From positions 103,540,001 to 103,604,000 of the forward strand of contig OX597815.1 in NCBI GenBank assembly GCA_951406725.2: a stretch of 64,000 nt of DNA. The letters run 5' to 3'. The translations under genes were made by a program, and so were the position numbers. How positions within the stretch are numbered: position 1 is the first letter of the stretch; the number at the start of each line of letters is the position of its first letter. The notes beneath the pieces were generated by a model that was given only the letters and a program-made list of their open reading frames with translations, was not told the origin of the DNA and ran no database searches. Of this stretch, positions 12,039 through 24,780 are shown one piece after another. This DNA is from Octopus vulgaris. Lineage: Eukaryota.

Positions 12039-13300
12039 ATGGGATATATGAACCATAGTTCTAGAACAAAAAAACCTACTGTACTTCAGTAACTTGTTCT
12101 AGAGTGTAGTATTTTATGTATGTGTGTGTGGTTGTGTGGTTTTCTCTGTGCGTGTGTACATTTGTACGGGCAGCTGTATCTGTGGGTGAGTCATTGTTTG
12201 TGGCAATATTTCTATAAATGTTTATCAATAAATAGAAGCTGTCGTAATTGGATTAAAATATTTAACACTATCATCCAATCAATCGAATTCTGAATCGATA
12301 AATCGTTTAATCTTCTTTCGGAGACATAGCTTTGCAACTATAATAAAATAATATATACATATAAGATAAATTTAATATCGTTAAACTACAGTTCGTAAAG
12401 ATTTCCTAGTGACCTTAAAAACTACATTAAAACTTGATTAAATCATCTTGGTTTTTCTAATATACGCTGTGCCACAATGTCGCACAATATATAGAGGCAC
12501 ATAACACACATGCAACCAAACACACGCCGAACACACACACATACATATATGCATACCTATATACGCTAAATAAGTAGGTATTATCAAAATACTGAATATC
12601 GTTTTCTTGTAATGTAATACAATATGTTATACATACATATATATATATATATATATATCATTCCAATAAACTTGGCATAAAACCCCAATATTTGTTCTCG
12701 CACACACGTGCACGTACGCACGCACACACGCATACACATACACGTACATACACATACACACACATACACACACACATACACACACACACACACACATACA
12801 CGCACATAAGCTCACACAGTGTTGGCAGGCTGGAATATATGCTACAAAATACAACCACGTTCCCACTTATGCAGCTTGAAAATCGGAAACATCAATTTGA
12901 AGTTATTTAGATTTCGTTAAATTTGGAGTAAATCTTCGCTGCGGTTAAAAATTTATGTTCCAGCCGCTGCTTAATTTCGGTGAAATCCGGATTTGAAAGA
13001 AACCGGTGGTAGTGTGCATCAGCACGACTTCATCCATAGGAAAGTTTGAATATAACCAACTGTGAAATTCAATTACCGAAAGGTGTATAGAATCTAACGT
13101 TTTGGGTGTTACCCTTCTGCTAAGAGTAAGAGCGATCATTCTCGCTGTCTCTCCATCTTGTTCACTTTAAGGTGTGGACGCATATTCAAAGTTTGGATTA
13201 TATACTGCTTATCTTAGTTGTTGAGAATCTAATTTACATTAATTGTTATTAGTTTAAAATCACTAAAAAAATTCTATATTTAATATTATGTATTTGTACA

Positions 13301-13900
13301 GGGTGGTGGATTGGCAGAACCGATAACACGCCGGGCAAAATGCTTAGCGGCATTTCGTCAGCTTTACGTTCTAAGTTCAAATTCCGCGGAGGCTTGCATA
13401 TTTTCAGTATTGATTAAATAAGTGCCAGTTGAGCGCCGGGGTTATTGTAATCGACTTACTTTCTGACCCGCAAATGTTTGCTTTGTGCCAAAATTTGAAA
13501 CCAATATTTATAGGTTGGTAGAATCATTGAAGTATAAAGCAAAATGCCTTGTGATATATGATTCGATAGATTGTATCTTCTCTTCTTCTGTCAAGGTCAA
13601 CTTTCTCGTTTATCTCTCGGCAGTCGATAGAATGAAGTCAATTACTGATGTCGGTGATATTCACTAATCATGGCTGCTAAAATGTGCTGCCATCGAATAG
13701 AAATTTGAAACAATTATTAACAATTTATTAAAGCGGCAATTTGTCAGAAACAGTAGTACGCGGACAAAATGCTTACGTTCTGAGTTCAAATTTCACAGAC
13801 GTTTTCTTTGCCTTTCATCCTTTCGGAGTGAGTAAAATAACTACTAGCTGAACATTGATATTGATGCTGCACTTTCCCTAAATTTCCGATCTTTCTTACA
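13301..13900 (+). mobile_element. Three tandem degenerate SINE units (family 3, Meta-like core)
   Basis: Repeated TGGCAGAA..TTCTGAGTTCAAATT..GCCTTTCATCCTTTCGG..AAATTTGAAAC units, homologous to 25327-25533 and 39575-39790. Confidence 0.75.
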
Positions 13901-13985
13901 GTCGAAAAGATTACACTTGAGATAGAAATTTAAATTTTTTGTCAATTGAATTATATTTGACAGTTGGTTATACGCAATTTAAGTA

Positions 13986-15412
13986 CACTGAGCACGAATG
14001 TTTACTCAGTTTTGCTCTATCAAGTCCTGATTTTACATAACTTTTGATAAAAAATCATTCTCTCATCGCTTTTGTTAACGGTTTTCCAAACACCGACACC
14101 TAATGCATTCCGCTCTGTGCATTCTTACCCATATACTCATATACAAGTAAGTTCGAATGACTTTGAATAACAATAAGGAAGGTGGGTTTAATCGAATGGC
14201 TCACGTGAACTTAATTGCGCTACGAGAGCGATTTTTGTCACAAATGGTCTTTTAGCACAATTTTTTTCCATACAGGGGTGTCAAGATCCTACTAACTATG
14301 AGACCGACTGCTACTTTTGCTTTGTCAAGACTTCGGTCTTCACTAAGAAAAATAAACATTGTATCGACAATCCAAATTTTGACACTGTGATATGACCTGT
14401 GCTACATTCAAATGAAATCCCCATTCCAATATTTAAGAGATTGTCACCTCAAGAATTAGCTGAATATGTTCCAGGAAATATTGTTATGCACTCTGAGAGA
14501 GTCTGGCACTGATTTTGACTCCAGAGTATTTGCAAGGATCTTCTAAGGGGGCGAAATTTGTCAAAAAAGGCTGCAACAATTTTAGCTTCAAGATTCAAAG
14601 AAAAAAACTCGCTTACTTCAAACACATACATTACATTTTACAGAGAAAAGAGAACTTCTTTAATATATTAGAACTGAATGTAGCTTAGTATACTGCTGCG
14701 ACATAGCTGATTTGTTACAGGAGATATAGAGGTTGAGTCATACGATGCAAATGATTGGCACTTCTTTTTAAACAGTTTTAAAAGAAGTCTTAAGCGTGTA
14801 TTGTTGCATAATGGCAGTCTATACAGCTCGATACCGATTGGGCACGCAACAAAGTTAAAAGAAAAGTATGAAAATATAAAAAAAATTGCAAATTTTATCA
14901 AATATACGGAGCACGATTGGATCATGTGTGTTGACTTTAAAATGGTCAATTTTCTGCTAGGAAAGCAAGCAGGGTATACTAAATATCCCTGCTTCCTTTG
15001 CTTATGGGACAGCAGAACAAATGAAGAACATTATTTCAAACATCTAGCCAACACGAACGTCTCTTATTGTCAGAGAAAAAACGTAATTAATCCACCTTTA
15101 GTGACCAGAAATAAAATTATATTTCCTCCTCTGCATTTCAAACTAGGCCTCATTTAACAATATGCAAAAGCTTTAGATACGATCTTTGAGTGATTCAAGT
15201 ACATAACTTCAAAATTTCCAAGTTTAAGTTATGAAAAAATCAAGTTGGGAATGTTTGATCGTCCACAAATAAGAACATTAACTAAAGGCTGCGATTTTCC
15301 TAATGGACTTCATTCATGGACTTGATAGAAAACTTTTTAAGCAATTATAAGACAGACAAATACGAAGGAATCGTAAAACAACTCTTAAGAGACTACAAAG
15401 AGTTAGGCTGCA
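13986..15412 (+). mobile_element. Decayed Chapaev3-like (CMC) DNA transposon
   Basis: DCYFC, LSKKAATILASR, SLKRVLLHNG..SIPIGHA..LKEKYEN, CVDFKMVNFLLGKQAGYTKYPCFLCLWDSR, PPLHFKLGL, PQIR. Possible 5' terminus CACTG. The family name comes from motif recall. The 3' end is cut by the next element. Confidence 0.75.
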
Positions 15413-16080
15413 ATGCTGGGTGTCAAAATGCCGTCATCATGACGGTTATTCTACGAATTTTGAACACTGTAAATGCCGTAAGATATAACATGGACATCAG
15501 GATAACGAGGTTTCTTTAACCTGTGATGGTCTTCGGGTGTATCTCCAGTGAGGGTGACGTCATGCCGGTTCACATCTTTGAACAGGGCCTAATCCTCAAT
15601 TCAGATGGCTATGTGAAGCTGCTGGAGAATGTGGCCAAACCCTATCCGGAGAGGCCTACTAGTCGAAGGCCACATGTGTAGAAGCAGGATTCGGCAGCTT
15701 GCATTACCTTGTGCTTGTCGGAATGTTTTCCACATCATCTTCAATTTCTAGCCTCCTAATTCCCTTGATTGTAACTCTATGGATTATTATATACAAACAT
15801 CATAGCGCTCTGCCTGCCACACCAAAGCGTAACTGGTGGCTAAAATCAAGGCGTTCGAACATATTCTCACGGACACAGTGCAGAATACATGCTCCGGATT
15901 GCAGAGCCGTCTTGAGGCTGCGGTGTAAGCTGGTGGTGGCAACTTTGAGTAAACAATTATCTCCCAGCCATAGTCTAGTTGAAATGTTTTTGGTCTTTAA
16001 AGTACGTTTATTTTCGGATTAGTTTCTGTATTTTTTTTTCCTAATATGCACACTGGGAGATTTATAGCAAACATCCTTCA
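15413..16080 (+). mobile_element. Internally deleted Tc1/mariner-superfamily element, maT (DD37D)-like
   Basis: VMVFGCISSEGDVMPVHIFEQGL..GYVKLLENV..KQDSAAC..PPNSLDCNSMDY, and C-terminal SRLEAAV*AGGGNFE*. Catalytic spacing cannot be measured because of the deletion. Confidence 0.75.
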
Positions 16081-17292
16081 TAGACATACATACAAACATT
16101 TATACGAAGGTGTTTGTGTGTGTTTGTGAGTGTGCAGTATGTATTATGTGTATATATATCTAGCATATATAAATCACAGTATGTGTGTGTATATTAGCTA
16201 ACACATACGTTTCCACAATTCTCAATTGATTTTCACCAAACTTTACACACATTGCTTATGTCCAAGGGATGGTCATGCACTATAACATTTTGCCCAGAAC
16301 TCCCGCATAAATGGACAAACCGGGAAAACGGGGATTCACTTGGTTTTTTCTCTAATTCGTTGTATGTACGTAGTTTTTTGTAATTAAGGTCTTCTATACT
16401 TTTTAACTCTATATGGTGGTACATTGGCATTAGAGAATATTTTTGGTGGTTTTTCAGATGTCTTGATTTATTATTTATTTATATGTTGTAATTGTGTATT
16501 ATTACTTTCTAAATTTTTTTATATGTGTATTGGTGTGTATTATGTGTTTCCGTGTTTTGGTTAGGGAATATTATAAAAGTGAAAAGATTTTGTCTATTTC
16601 TTTATTTTGACAGTTTTCCATACATTTTTAATCTTTACGGTCGTATTATTTGCCTTACAGAATATCTTATAGTTGTTTTTACATTTTTTTAATCTATTAT
16701 TTGTCTGCCTTACAACGGGACATCTTTTCGCTGAGAACTACATAAGATTCAAAGCAGTATTCGTGAACTGGATTCAAACCCTCCATGTCTTCATTTTTCG
16801 ATACCTGAAGTTAATTTCAGAGTGGTTGCACACTGTGAGCACCGAGCAAATACATTCCCTTAGTTCTACTTTTCAAGAAGGGATTATACTACCATTTTTG
16901 AACGTACCAATCACAATTCTCTCCGAAAAACTAGCTCCTTTTGCTGCTGAATAAAATAACCTCGCATGGGCGGGGAGTGTCAACATCTTCCCTCAATTTC
17001 CTTACACTTTATGTGGCTGTTTGTGACAAGGAATTTTGCTTTCATGTAAAACAACTGTATTTTGTAGTCATTATCTGTAATCTACTCCCAAAACACTTCA
17101 GTAGCTCTACTTTGCATTGCTTGCAACCTTATATATTCTATGATCATTAAAGTGCAAGGACCTCCACATTAACCAGCCTTCAATTTGGTTTTCCTTTCCT
17201 AGATTAATCGTAAACATAGATTGCTGTACATCAATTATTTGTTGAAATACTACCAAAGCAACTGACACCACCCAAAGGACGGGAGCGTTTGC

Positions 17293-17330
<38 letters not shown>

Positions 17331-17332
<2 letters not shown>

Positions 17333-18400
17333 GGAGTTGGACAAAACAATGGAAATACCTTAAAATGGGACCGCCTTTGACAGTAATTGCAGCTTGAATT
17401 CTACGAGGTATGGTGTCGTACAAAGTGTGAAGTGTTTTCAAAGAAACTTGTGTTCATTCTTCAGCTAAAACAGTCTCCATAATGATGGTAGAGGATATCG
17501 ATTCTTACTTGTTTTTCTAAAATGCCCCATAAATGTTCAATAATATTGAGATCTAGGGACTGTGATGGGTAGATAAGATGTTCAAGTGCACTAGAATGTT
17601 TCTCGTGTCATTCAGTCATAACTTTAGCTGTGTGAATTGGTGCATTATCATCCTGAAAGACTGTTTCCCTCCGGAATCAGTTCCGCAACCATAGGATGAA
17701 TTTGATCAGATAAAATCTTTAAATAGTCTTGACTATTAATTCTGCCATGAAGGGAAACCATTGGGCCGGCTGATTTCCAAGATATAGCCCCCACACCCGA
17801 TCATCACAGATCCTCCTCCATTTTTAACAGTTGGAAGAAAGCAGTCTAATTCTGTAGCACTAACTCTGTAGGATTTTACTCCACTCTAAACGCTTTGCAA
17901 GGTTTTTTTCTTTTTTGAGAGTAGTGATTTTCTGATTGCAGCCATCCCTTGAAATTCGGCTTAGTGCTGATCCCGGCGAACAGTCATTTAGCTCTGCAGT
18001 AATTTTGGGAGCTGTAGTTTTGTGATCAATTCTAACAATTCGCGTAAGAGTCCGACGGTCTCTATCTGAAAGTTTTAGTTTTCTTCGGGAGTTTTGTTTC
18101 GACAAGGAAGTTTTTCCCTCTTTCTCAAAGGCTGTCATTACTTTCGAGACAGTACTTTGTTGATATACCGAACATTCCGGCTGTTTTCGTTACGCTGGCG
18201 CCTGCCAAAAGAGCACCAACAATTTGACTTCTTTGAAAGTCCGATAGATATGTCATTTTAATGAATTTTAATTACAATTTTGCTAATGATATCTGAAAAA
18301 AACCCCAGCAATTTTAGCAAAATATATTAAACAACACTAATCAGAAATCAAAGAACAAAAAAATAAACAAGCTTTTGACGGTTTTATAGATATTTCAAAA
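17331..18400 (-). mobile_element. Decayed Tc1-like (DD34E) transposon
   Basis: Minus strand: LSDFQRSQIVGA..VSKVMTAFEKEGKTS..LSDRDRRTL; PTVKNGGGSVMI; QDDNAPIHTA; SLDLNIIEHLWGILE. One TIR-like end, CAGGAGTTGGACAAAACAATGGAAATACC, sits next to (TA)n; the other end was not found. Confidence 0.85.
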
Positions 18401-20340
18401 TTATGAACCAAAGCAGAACGAACATATTAAGTCAGTTACAATAATCTAATTAAGGTAAGGTGAATTTGAAGTCTTACAGCCATTTCTGGGATAACCCAAG
18501 TGGTTGGTTAATAAATAAATATACCTGCCCTTTTTGATGATACGTATAGTAATGATAAATAAATATACGTACCCTTATTGATGGCAAATAAATATATATA
18601 CCCTTATTGATGATACATATATTTACGTCAAGCATACTTTTATTGACATGCTTACACGAATAACAATTGTAAATATTCAAGCATGCTTCATTCTCTCACA
18701 AACAGACGCACACACACTCTAACACTACTACACACAGACACACATACTCAGTAACATGCACGCTCCGCCATACTTCACTTAAGAGAATGATAAGAAATTA
18801 ATATTCCACTTGACTTTACATAAAGAAGCTCAACACTTCATAATCTATTGAAGCGGAATGTATATATATATATATATATATAACAAGAGCGAAGAGAAAG
18901 CCGACAGCAAAAAAATCACTCGGACAAATGACAGCTAAAAAAGCATCGAGTTTTGTTTCCATTTATTTTTATATAGGCGCAGTATTACATATTTCGGGGT
19001 TATATGATATTCGATTTAATTGATTCGGTACTTGACTGGTCTAAATATCCTTACCGAGACACTAAAACAACAATGCAAAGGCAGCAATGCAATGAATATG
19101 AAGGCGTAACAGGGTGAAATCAATCCGAGTGGTGTTAATAAGTAGAAGGATTCAGTTGTGTTGGGGATCTATCGATTGAAATCAGAAATGACATTTAACT
19201 TTCAGAATAACAGTTAACACCAGTTACCAACTTTCAGAATAACAGTTAACACCAGTTACCAATTTAATCGACCAGTTACCAATTTCTCCTTCCTTGAATA
19301 TCTGGGTCTGTGCTAATGTCACAAACTAATATAACCATTTTTGTTTGTTGCAATTGCATTTTACATAAATTAAGTATTTTTAGATGACTATTGATGTACA
19401 TAGTTTATAATATAACAACTCTCAGGTTTGAATTTCTTGAAAATATAACTTATAAATAAATTAAAACATATTTTCTGTTTTGTGAAGGCTGTATATCTAA
19501 AGGCTGTGTCCATGAAAAAGTTTCCGCTATCTGTAATTTATAGGGAAGAATTTTATATATTAACATCAGGAATATTTCGCTTATGTTGGTTAAGACGTCT
19601 ATTTTTCCCTGGCGGTTCTGTACAAAGAACATCACTAATATTGTGATAAAAACCGCTTGTTTCCTCTGCGTTTCATTATACAGTTGGGCTGCTTCGTCAA
19701 AACTTCCCTTACCGGAAATATTTTCGCTAAAAGTTTTAACTAAGATGTCAAAAGTATTCTGTGGTAGCACGATACTATCTAATGTAAGCCTGTTTCGTTT
19801 CGAAAAGACTTGTACGTTTGCTAAGCAAATCCAGTGACACACATAAAATGTATATATAGAATGTTGCTAAGTTATGTCAAAAGTGGTTTTAGGTCAACAG
19901 GCTTAAATGCTTGAATGTCTTTGCTCAATCAGTCATAGGCTTTATCTCTTTATTTAACCCCAAGTCAACCCAGTGGAAAGATATCTCTGTCGTATCAAGA
20001 AAAAATAAACCAGTCGAGTTGCAAACGTCTTCACCCTCCAACAACCATATGTTCGAGTAGGAACTGTCTATGTCAGGTTTCTTGAGTCATTCGGAGCCCT
20101 CTCTCATTAGTAAGGTCCTTCAGGTAAAGAAAATTTTCTTTACATCAGTATTGCTTAGAGTGGTAAACCTGCGTACTAATTTAAGTGTGAGATCATAGAA
20201 AATGAAAGCATAGAACTCTACAATATTGAATAGTGCTGATACACTATCTATGACCTCTCCGCTATTTGACCACTGTTTTATGCATATAAATTATGAGCAT
20301 ATATATATACATACATACATACACACACACAATACATATA

Positions 20341-20427
<87 letters not shown>

Positions 20428-20431
<4 letters not shown>

Positions 20432-20640
20432 ATCGAAACAAGAAAACACAAAAAAACACAGCAACGCGAGGACGTGGAACAAATAAAGTATTATTGGACG
20501 CTCAAAAAAGAAGGACAGAATGAGGGTTTAACGTTTCAAGCGAAGCTCTTCGTCGGAAACAAAGGAGAAGGAAAGATCCCGAGAAGGGAAGACAGAGGAA
20601 AAAATTGCTGGCGGTGCTCACGAGGTCGTGCACCGTTACA
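20428..20640 (-). mobile_element. Short putative PLE-derived element with minimal hammerhead-like motif (20526-20560)
   Basis: Minus strand: GTTT-CCGACGA-A-GAGC TTC GCTT-GAAACGTT-AAAC. It abuts a long (TA)n tract. Confidence 0.55.
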
Positions 20641-20729
20641 CGTATGACTACTACATTTGGAGTTAAAGCTCCACGTAGATTGTTATAGTCAGCTTCTAGC
20701 ATGGTGGTTAGTCGACCACTGTACTCAGA

Positions 20730-20900
20730 AGTATTACTAGTTATGTTGAAATGTTCCCTTAATGATCCATTACGGTTGGGCATCCAAATGTGCATGGAGT
20801 ATCCAGTGCTTATTTCCAAATAACTGCAATGTTGAAACGTACGTAGAAACTAAATAGTTATACTTGTATTCATCTTAAATTTCTACAACACACATACACA
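20730..20900 (+). repeat. About 170-bp repeat; inverted copy at 22951-23129
   Basis: ...CCAAATAACTGCAATGTTGAAACGTAC..AACTAAATAGTTATACTTGTATTCATCTTAAATTTCTACAACACAC matches the reverse complement of 22951-23129. Confidence 0.9.
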
Positions 20901-20908
20901 TATATTTA

Positions 20909-22169
20909 CGAGGGGCGTTCAATAAGTAATGTCCCTGACCCACTTGCAGTTGTTTGATCTAGCTGAAATTTTGCATGTGCACTTATTTATATCTCTATAG
21001 ATTAGGTGGCGAATTACAGCTCTGAACTAATTGTGGTTTCTGATTTACAGGTGTTTGAACTGAGTCAAGTGTGAAATGGAGCCTGTTGAGTGTCGAGCAG
21101 TGATCTGGTTTTTGTATTTGAAAGGACGCACACCACGGGAGACTTTTGATGAAATGAAAGTAACTTATGGTGATGATGCCCCATCATATGACCTTGTAAA
21201 ACGCTGGCATTGTGAATTCAAACATAGTCGGAACTCTGTGGAAACAGCTCCCAGATCTGGTCGCCCCCTTCTGCCGTTGATGAGACGTCTGTCCGTCAAG
21301 TTGAGGCTGCCATTTTGGAAGGTCAACGCATAACTATTCGCCAAATAGCCCATAAGGTCAAGATTAGTACCGGGTCTGTGGAAACTATCATTCATGACCA
21401 TTTGCATATGCAAAAGGTGTCTGCCAGATGGATTCCCAGGTTGCTCACACCTTTCCAGAAGCAAGAACGCGTTGAGTGCTCGAGAATGAATTTGGAGATG
21501 TGCCAAGAAGATGAGTCAAAATTTTTCAAAAGACTGATCACACAGGATAAAACCTGGGTCCATCACTATGATCCAGAGACCAAAGCCCAGTCAATGCAGT
21601 GAAAGCACCGTGACTCACCTCCTCCAAAGAAGGCAAGGGTGCAGCCCTCCGCTGACAAGGTTATGCTCACAGTCTTCTGGGACCAGGACGGAGTAGTGAT
21701 GACAGATTTCCTAGAAAAGGGTACCACAATTACAGGAGCCTATTATGCTTCACTTTTGAGGAAATTAAGAGAAGCTATCAAAATCAAGAGGCGGGGCAAG
21801 ATCAGCAAAGGCATCCTCCTCCTGCAGGACAACGCTCCGGTTCACAACGCTCCGGTGTCGCCAGATCAGAAGCACAGGCGTGCAGCTATGAACTCCTCCC
21901 CTTGCACCCTCTGATTTTCACCATGAAGTTGATTTTGAAAGGAAAGCGTTTCCCAGATGATGCAGCCTTGATTTCTGAAGTCACGTCGTGGTTGGAGGAC
22001 CAAGCTGGAGTCTTCTACAAAAACGGTATCCAAAGCTGTATCAAACGATGGGAGAAATGCATAACTCTGGGTAGTTCCTATGTAGGAAAAGACTAATAAC
22101 TGTGCCAAGTGTCGTTGCTCTACTGCTATGGGAAGTGGGTCAGGGGCATTACTTATTGAACGCCCCTCG
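20909..22169 (+). mobile_element. Full-length mariner transposon, copy B (same family as copy A), transposase inactivated
   Basis: Same TIRs and TA duplications (20907-20908, 22170-22171). The transposase (21076-22096) has frameshifts, a W-to-TGA stop at about 21600 and deletions around the YSPDL motif. Confidence 0.97.
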
Positions 22170-22578
22170 TATATATCTACGCGCGTGTGTGTATACATAT
22201 ATATATGTGTGTGTTTGTATGTGTGTGTTCGTGTGTTTGGATGGGTGTGTGTGTGTGAATAATAAAAACAAAGAATAGTATTGTAAAACAAGTAACTAGT
22301 TTTGAAAATTGCAAAATTGCAAGGATTGAGAATGTAAAGGAAATAGGTTTCTTCCGCAGGATGGCACTATTAGAGTGACTGTCATGCTTGTACGAATATG
22401 TGTCTGTAGATGCTACAGAACTATGTGTGTATTTGGGGTTGTTTTAGTACAGTATTTTGTTGTTTTTTGAAACTCCAGCGTGCGGTTAGGGTTCGTGTGG
22501 CGGGGTGCGTGATTTATATTTCACGCTCAACCTAAGTGTTTGTGTGTAATTTTGCAATATTTTCCGAATGTGAAAAAT

Positions 22579-22865
22579 AGCTTTTATATTGTTATATTTC
22601 GGAATGGTCATTTTGCCAGTTTAGCCCATAAAAACACACGCACTATATATTTGGTGTTATTTTGCTTCAGTGTTATTTATTTTTTACATTAATCTTAATC
22701 TTATTTCGGTCAGAGTTCTTTCGTCACACTCCTGTGACCGCATCAGTGGTCCTTTATTGGCTAAACTGGCAAAATGACCATTCCGAAATATAACAATATC
22801 TGTTTCAACACACGACTTCACATAAAAATCTTGCACAACAAATTTTCTTAAGCTTTTATATTGTT
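22579..22865. mobile_element. PLE-like insertion: inverted terminal piece, hammerhead-like motif and 15-bp flanking direct repeat
   Basis: 47-bp inverted repeat 22586-22632/22753-22799 with one mismatch. AGCTTTTATATTGTT occurs at 22579 and 22851. Minus-strand motif CTGATGC-G-GTCACA GGAG TGTGAC-GAAAGAACTC at 22708-22752. Confidence 0.65.
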
Positions 22866-23289
22866 TATCTCTAATTTGTTTTAGTTCATGATTGTCGGTC
22901 TTGCTGGAACACCTCCTTGCAGGGCATTTATTCGAACAACTCTTCTGCAGTATGTGTGTATGTATGTGTGTTGTAGAAATTTAAGATGAATACAAGTATA
23001 ACTATTTAGTTCCTAAGTACGTTTCAACATTGCAGTTATTTGGAGATCAGCACTGGATACTCCATGTGCATTTGGATGCCTAACTGTAATGGATCATTAG
23101 GGGAACACTTTAACATAACTGGTAATACTGTTGTGTATTACTGCACTCTTCAAAACTTGCACTAAGAATAAGGACAAGGTAAAATTACCACCTGCTTTTA
23201 TAACAAGTTGATGTAGGTAGTTTATCCCGTTCCCTTCCGACTTTTAGTTCACGCAATTGAAATAAAACGCATTATTTATGAGATTACCC

Positions 23290-23422
23290 AATATGTATAA
23301 GTCTTATTCATCGTTCTTTTCACCGAACCGGTAATTTACAAGAATACAAACTCACGCCAGTTGTTAAGCAGTGGTGGGCAACAAACACATAGAAAGACAC
23401 ACACATGCGTGCACGGACACTG

Positions 23423-23482
<60 letters not shown>

Positions 23483-23534
23483 GTACACAAATAGATAGGT
23501 AAATAGACAGATAGACATCAGACAGATAGATAGG

Positions 23535-23571
<37 letters not shown>

Positions 23572-23588
23572 CGATCGATAGATAGTTC

Positions 23589-23651
<63 letters not shown>

Positions 23652-23652
23652 C

Positions 23653-23728
<76 letters not shown>

Positions 23729-23856
23729 TAACAGGCTTAACAGTTGCCATCTGCCAAATTCACCCGAAACTACAATGAAAGACATTTTACCAAGGTGCTT
23801 TTTAGTGGGACTTAACCCGAAACCTTGTGGCTGACAAACGAGCTCCTTGATCACAT
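23290..23856 (-). mobile_element. tRNA-derived SINE (family 4) with internal (GATA)n/(CA)n expansion
   Basis: The head GGTTTCGGGTTAAGTCCCACT..CACCTTGG..ATTTGGCAGATGGCAACTG is homologous to 63811-63975. Non-repetitive sequence resumes beyond the microsatellites. Confidence 0.65.
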
Positions 23857-24636
23857 AAGGTGTATAATTTTGTTTGTGTTCTCGTTTATTGTTTGCCAGC
23901 TTGTCGGTATTTTCTATAGTAGAATGCATGATTTGGATGGAGTATGTGTGAATGTTTGCTCTTATAGTCATGAGCATATTTGTCCGTCTATATAAGTTGT
24001 AATTATATGTAAAATTGAGCGTATGTGAGAGTTTGTTCCTGTTCACTGTGATTTCGTGCACGAGCGTACGTGTGACCGCGTGTGCAAACTTTAAATATCT
24101 GTATGCTTGTAAGTTCATCGTATTTTCTTATCAATATTTTTTTTTATGGTATTTGTGTTCAAATAGAGCCCCAACGAATGAATCACTGGTTCACATAACG
24201 TACTATATAACGTATAAGTTATACTAAGTACGAGGTATGTCTTGTTTTATGTTTGCAGTGTCTCTATGTGTATACTCACAGTGCGTGAGAATGCATTTAT
24301 GTCTAAGTTGAATGTGAGTGCCTATGAATTTGCTTTTTGCATTTTTGTACATTAAAATATTGCCATTGTACGTGTATGTCGTTATGTCTTGCGTGTGCAT
24401 GTTGTTGTACTGTATCTATATCGTGATATGTTATATATTCATTACTGCATGTGCGTGTATGCTGTCAGTTTTTGTTACCTGTTTTAAGATGTTTGTTTCT
24501 TTATTTTTTTAATATGCTTCCAGGGTATTAGGATAACTGTCTCTCTTTGCTTTTGAGGTCGAACTGTATAAATTTTATATCGGTGAGTGTGTGCGTGAGT
24601 GGTGTGCGCATATCATCTACGTCTATCTAACAATCC

Positions 24637-24712
<76 letters not shown>

Positions 24713-24749
24713 GTCTGTCTGTCTATCTATATATCCATATAAATGTATA

Positions 24750-24780
<31 letters not shown>

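Noticed and set aside
16200-17295. Possible Helitron/Helentron-type non-autonomous element
   Set aside because: Only vague terminal resemblance, with no diagnostic hairpin/CTRR end or coding motif that I could confirm.
19197-19285. 32-bp tandem duplication plus partial third copy, superficially CRISPR-like
   Set aside because: Adjacent copies have no unique spacers, there are no cas genes, and the context is eukaryotic. This is a simple slippage duplication.
23336-24118. Long ORFs such as the 260-aa YLSI-repeat ORF, the 285-aa HT-repeat ORF (50710-51567) and the many YI/CV-repeat ORFs
   Set aside because: They are translations of (GATA)n, (CA)n and (TA)n microsatellites that lack stop codons by construction.
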